Source: Octopus bimaculoides (taxonomy: Eukaryota). From it: DNA of 33,520 nt. Below, in pieces: positions 31,085 to 33,520 of the stretch. The position numbers were made by a program, and so were the translations under genes. Location: assembly GCF_001194135.2 (NCBI RefSeq), contig NC_068984.1:8988371-9021890 (forward strand), given 5' to 3'. Under the pieces are notes generated by a model. That model had not been told where the DNA came from. It did no database searches and saw nothing but the letters and a program-made list of their open reading frames with translations. Position 1 is the first letter of the stretch, and each line of letters starts with the position of its first letter.

Positions 31085-31280
31085 TTAAAACCAAAAATTC
31101 TGAGGGGAGGGGGAAAGTCGATTACATCGACTCCAGTATTTCATTGATACTTTAATTTATCGAACCCCGAAAGAATTAAAGGTAAAATTGAAGTCGACAG
31201 GATTGGAACTCAGAACGCAGTTGGTCGGGAAAACTGCTGCTTAGCGTTTTGTCAGATGCTGTTACGTTTGAGCCTGCTCA
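31085..31280 (-). mobile_element. SINE family A, diverged
   Basis: AAGTCGATTACATCGACTCCAGT...TTTATCGAACCCCGAAAG...GGAACTCAGAACG is the reverse complement of the family A body. Confidence 0.8.
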
Positions 31281-31624
31281 TTGCTATATACATAACATTG
31301 GTGTGGCACAATTTACACAGGAATACAAACAACTCCATACACATACCGCTAACAAGACGGACATATTCATATCTACGTGGGGTCTCATGTATACGTGGAG
31401 AGTGGATGATGTGCTCTCGCCATGTACAATAAAATTTGCAGGTTACCGCATGTGATGGAAAATATTCTTTAAATGAATATCTCTTTAAGGCAGACATTTG
31501 AAATAAATGAGGTAGAACTGGGGTGTGCGGAATGTTTATTTGGGCCTTTGGTGAAAATATTATGGGCAAAACGACATCTAGTATTTCCTGAAGTGTGATC
31601 TCTCGAGTTTGGTAGAAATGCTGG

Positions 31625-31775
31625 ACCTCGAAAGATGGTTATAACAGCGCCTTTTTGTGCGCCGAAATGGTGCGCCACGCGTTGACCGGAAGTAAGTTGG
31701 AGAATGCAACAAAAATACCGGTGGAAATGCCTACACCGGCGACAACCCGACTCATATACGCAAAGAAACGCAGCA
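31625..31775. promoter_or_regulatory. Candidate promoter or first-exon region
   Basis: Local CpG enrichment in non-repeat DNA; ETS-type ACCGGAAGT (31685-31693), YY1-like AAGATGG (31632-31638), TGCGCC twice; plus-strand donor GAA|GTAAGT at 31692. Confidence 0.4.
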
Positions 31776-33520
31776 AAATTTGGATGGGCCGTTAGTATAT
31801 AATGTTGTTGGACTGGTAACCGAAGATTCATGTGATGTGGTTACGAGATAAATACGTTTGTGCCAAGTCAAATCATTTGTGCTTACATTTAGTAAATTAT
31901 ATTATGTGTTTCCAGTACACCATACAGACGCCTCCACATTGCACTCTTGTCATATTAAACAGTCTAACGGATATATCAACAACTCGACAACGCTTTCAAG
32001 CACATACATATATATATGTACATACGCACACTCATGTATATATATATATACGCACACACACACACGTGCGCACACATAAGGTACACACATGCACGCACTC
32101 AAACGTGTATTTCCCTATACGTGGCCTGTGATCTGCCGTGTACTTTCGTTTGTTCTTTTTTCTAAATATCTTCCTCTTTGTTCCCAATATATTAGGTTTT
32201 AGAAAGCAGTTTATTGTTTACGAGATTTCCATTGAATTAATGTAATTTTAGTTTTTGTAGTTTGACTAATACATTTTGATGACACAAAACAAAAATGAAA
32301 TCAAAAGACATGAAAAATGTTCGTAATTTGATCTAATTTTTCATTATTTAATTTGTTAAACTCTTGTTTAAAGTAAAATTTTATTTCATTTTATTTTATC
32401 TACTTCTTATTCAATAATATATTTACGTATTCATTTATTTATTAGCTTGCTTTATTCATTGTAATTCACTGAAATATATAGTTTGACGCAACAGAATCAT
32501 TATTCAAACATGGAATCTCAGGAAAGAAAATATACAAGAGGAAATGCTTTCTCGCAAATCATACGCAGCACATTTCAGTTACATAACTGGCAAAGAATAT
32601 TAACAACACTTGTTTGTTCATAATATTAACAACACATGCTTGTTAAACATCCATTTTGTGTTAAACAGTAACCCCGTGTATCTGTGGTTCTGGACCCTTT
32701 TAATATCAGGGCCAGACACACAAACCTAGAATTTGTTTTTAGGATGACGCACTAAAATAAGTAGAACACGAGTCAATTAAAGAAAAATTTATATTTCTAG
32801 AAGGAAGACTGTGGCGGGTTGCTGGATGGGCGCTTGAGGGTGGTATGCAGCCCTGGAAGCACTGCTGTATCTCGTAGCTGAACCTGGTAGAAATAGCAGC
32901 AAAATTCCCTTCAAATTATGCCTTTGCACTCTTGAAAAGTGAGTGACAGTTTGAGTAATGTCATTGCAGATAGACAATGCACCCACCACAAGAAAAAAAC
33001 AAAAAAACGCACAGGATAATTGCTGGTTGGTGTGTTTTCATCAAATGTTTTCTCAATCACAACTGATTTGGGCTTAAGCAACAACAACTATAATAAACAC
33101 AACTACAATGTTACTACAACAATAAGGAACGGCTCCCCTATGCGGCCGTCCAATTTTTGCGAAACAGCAGCAAAAATATTCTCGTGTCGTACTGTAATGT
33201 CGAAAGAATGACGTATGACATCCTGGTCAGTGGTTGTCATGGATATACAGTGTAAGAGTAATTAATCGGGAGAAGGATGAATGTTTTGGTTGCCTTTGAA
33301 AATAGGTTTGCCGTATCAGGTTTGACCTAGGGCTAAACGACAACAGGGCGTCTCCACACTTAATCAATTGCTAAATGACACATTAAAGGTTGAATTCCGA
33401 GATACACCGAGACATCATTTCATTCTTAGAATAATACTTTACACTGAAGAGTTAATATCTCGAAAGGCATATCTATATACGCGTACATGGATATGTATAT
33501 TTATATATATATATATATAT

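Noticed and set aside
461-31280. tRNA-like A/B boxes
   Set aside because: They are SINE heads followed by SINE bodies; no intact cloverleaf with a mature 3' end.
32800-32938. Plus-strand exon candidate ending in AAA|GTGAGT
   Set aside because: All three frames from the acceptor hit stops, including the one continuing MVRHALTG; could be non-coding but is unsupported.
89-33211. Most ORFs in the supplied track (poly-VC, HT, IY, YL, II peptides and ORFs containing X runs)
   Set aside because: They are translations of microsatellites or read through N gaps; no coding evidence.

Overview
AT-rich, microsatellite-dense animal genomic DNA with eight assembly gaps (about 7840-8090, 10948-11628, 13281-13992, 17013-17444, 19509-19673, 20432-21371, 23997-24153, 25510-25754). 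The SINE families look like those I recall from Octopus (coleoid cephalopod); this is recognition from memory, not a database result. Most of the window is repeats: about 20 copies of several tRNA-derived SINE families (labelled A-E here), three independent mariner fragments, an R4/Dong-like LINE 3' end, an L1/Tx1-like ORF2 fragment (zf-RVT), and Penelope-like terminal fragments, one with a recognisable minimal type-I hammerhead ribozyme. There are five large inverted repeats. Almost all ORFs in the supplied track are microsatellite or gap artefacts. The main hidden signal is a series of short minus-strand segments (6-178 nt) between about 17.8 and 28.2 kb, each bounded by canonical splice sites. 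They join in frame into an unidentified protein, suggesting a microexon-rich gene, possibly driven from a CpG-rich, ETS-motif promoter-like patch near 31.7 kb. The gene model is a manual prediction without transcript support. No rRNA, true tRNA or CRISPR array was seen.
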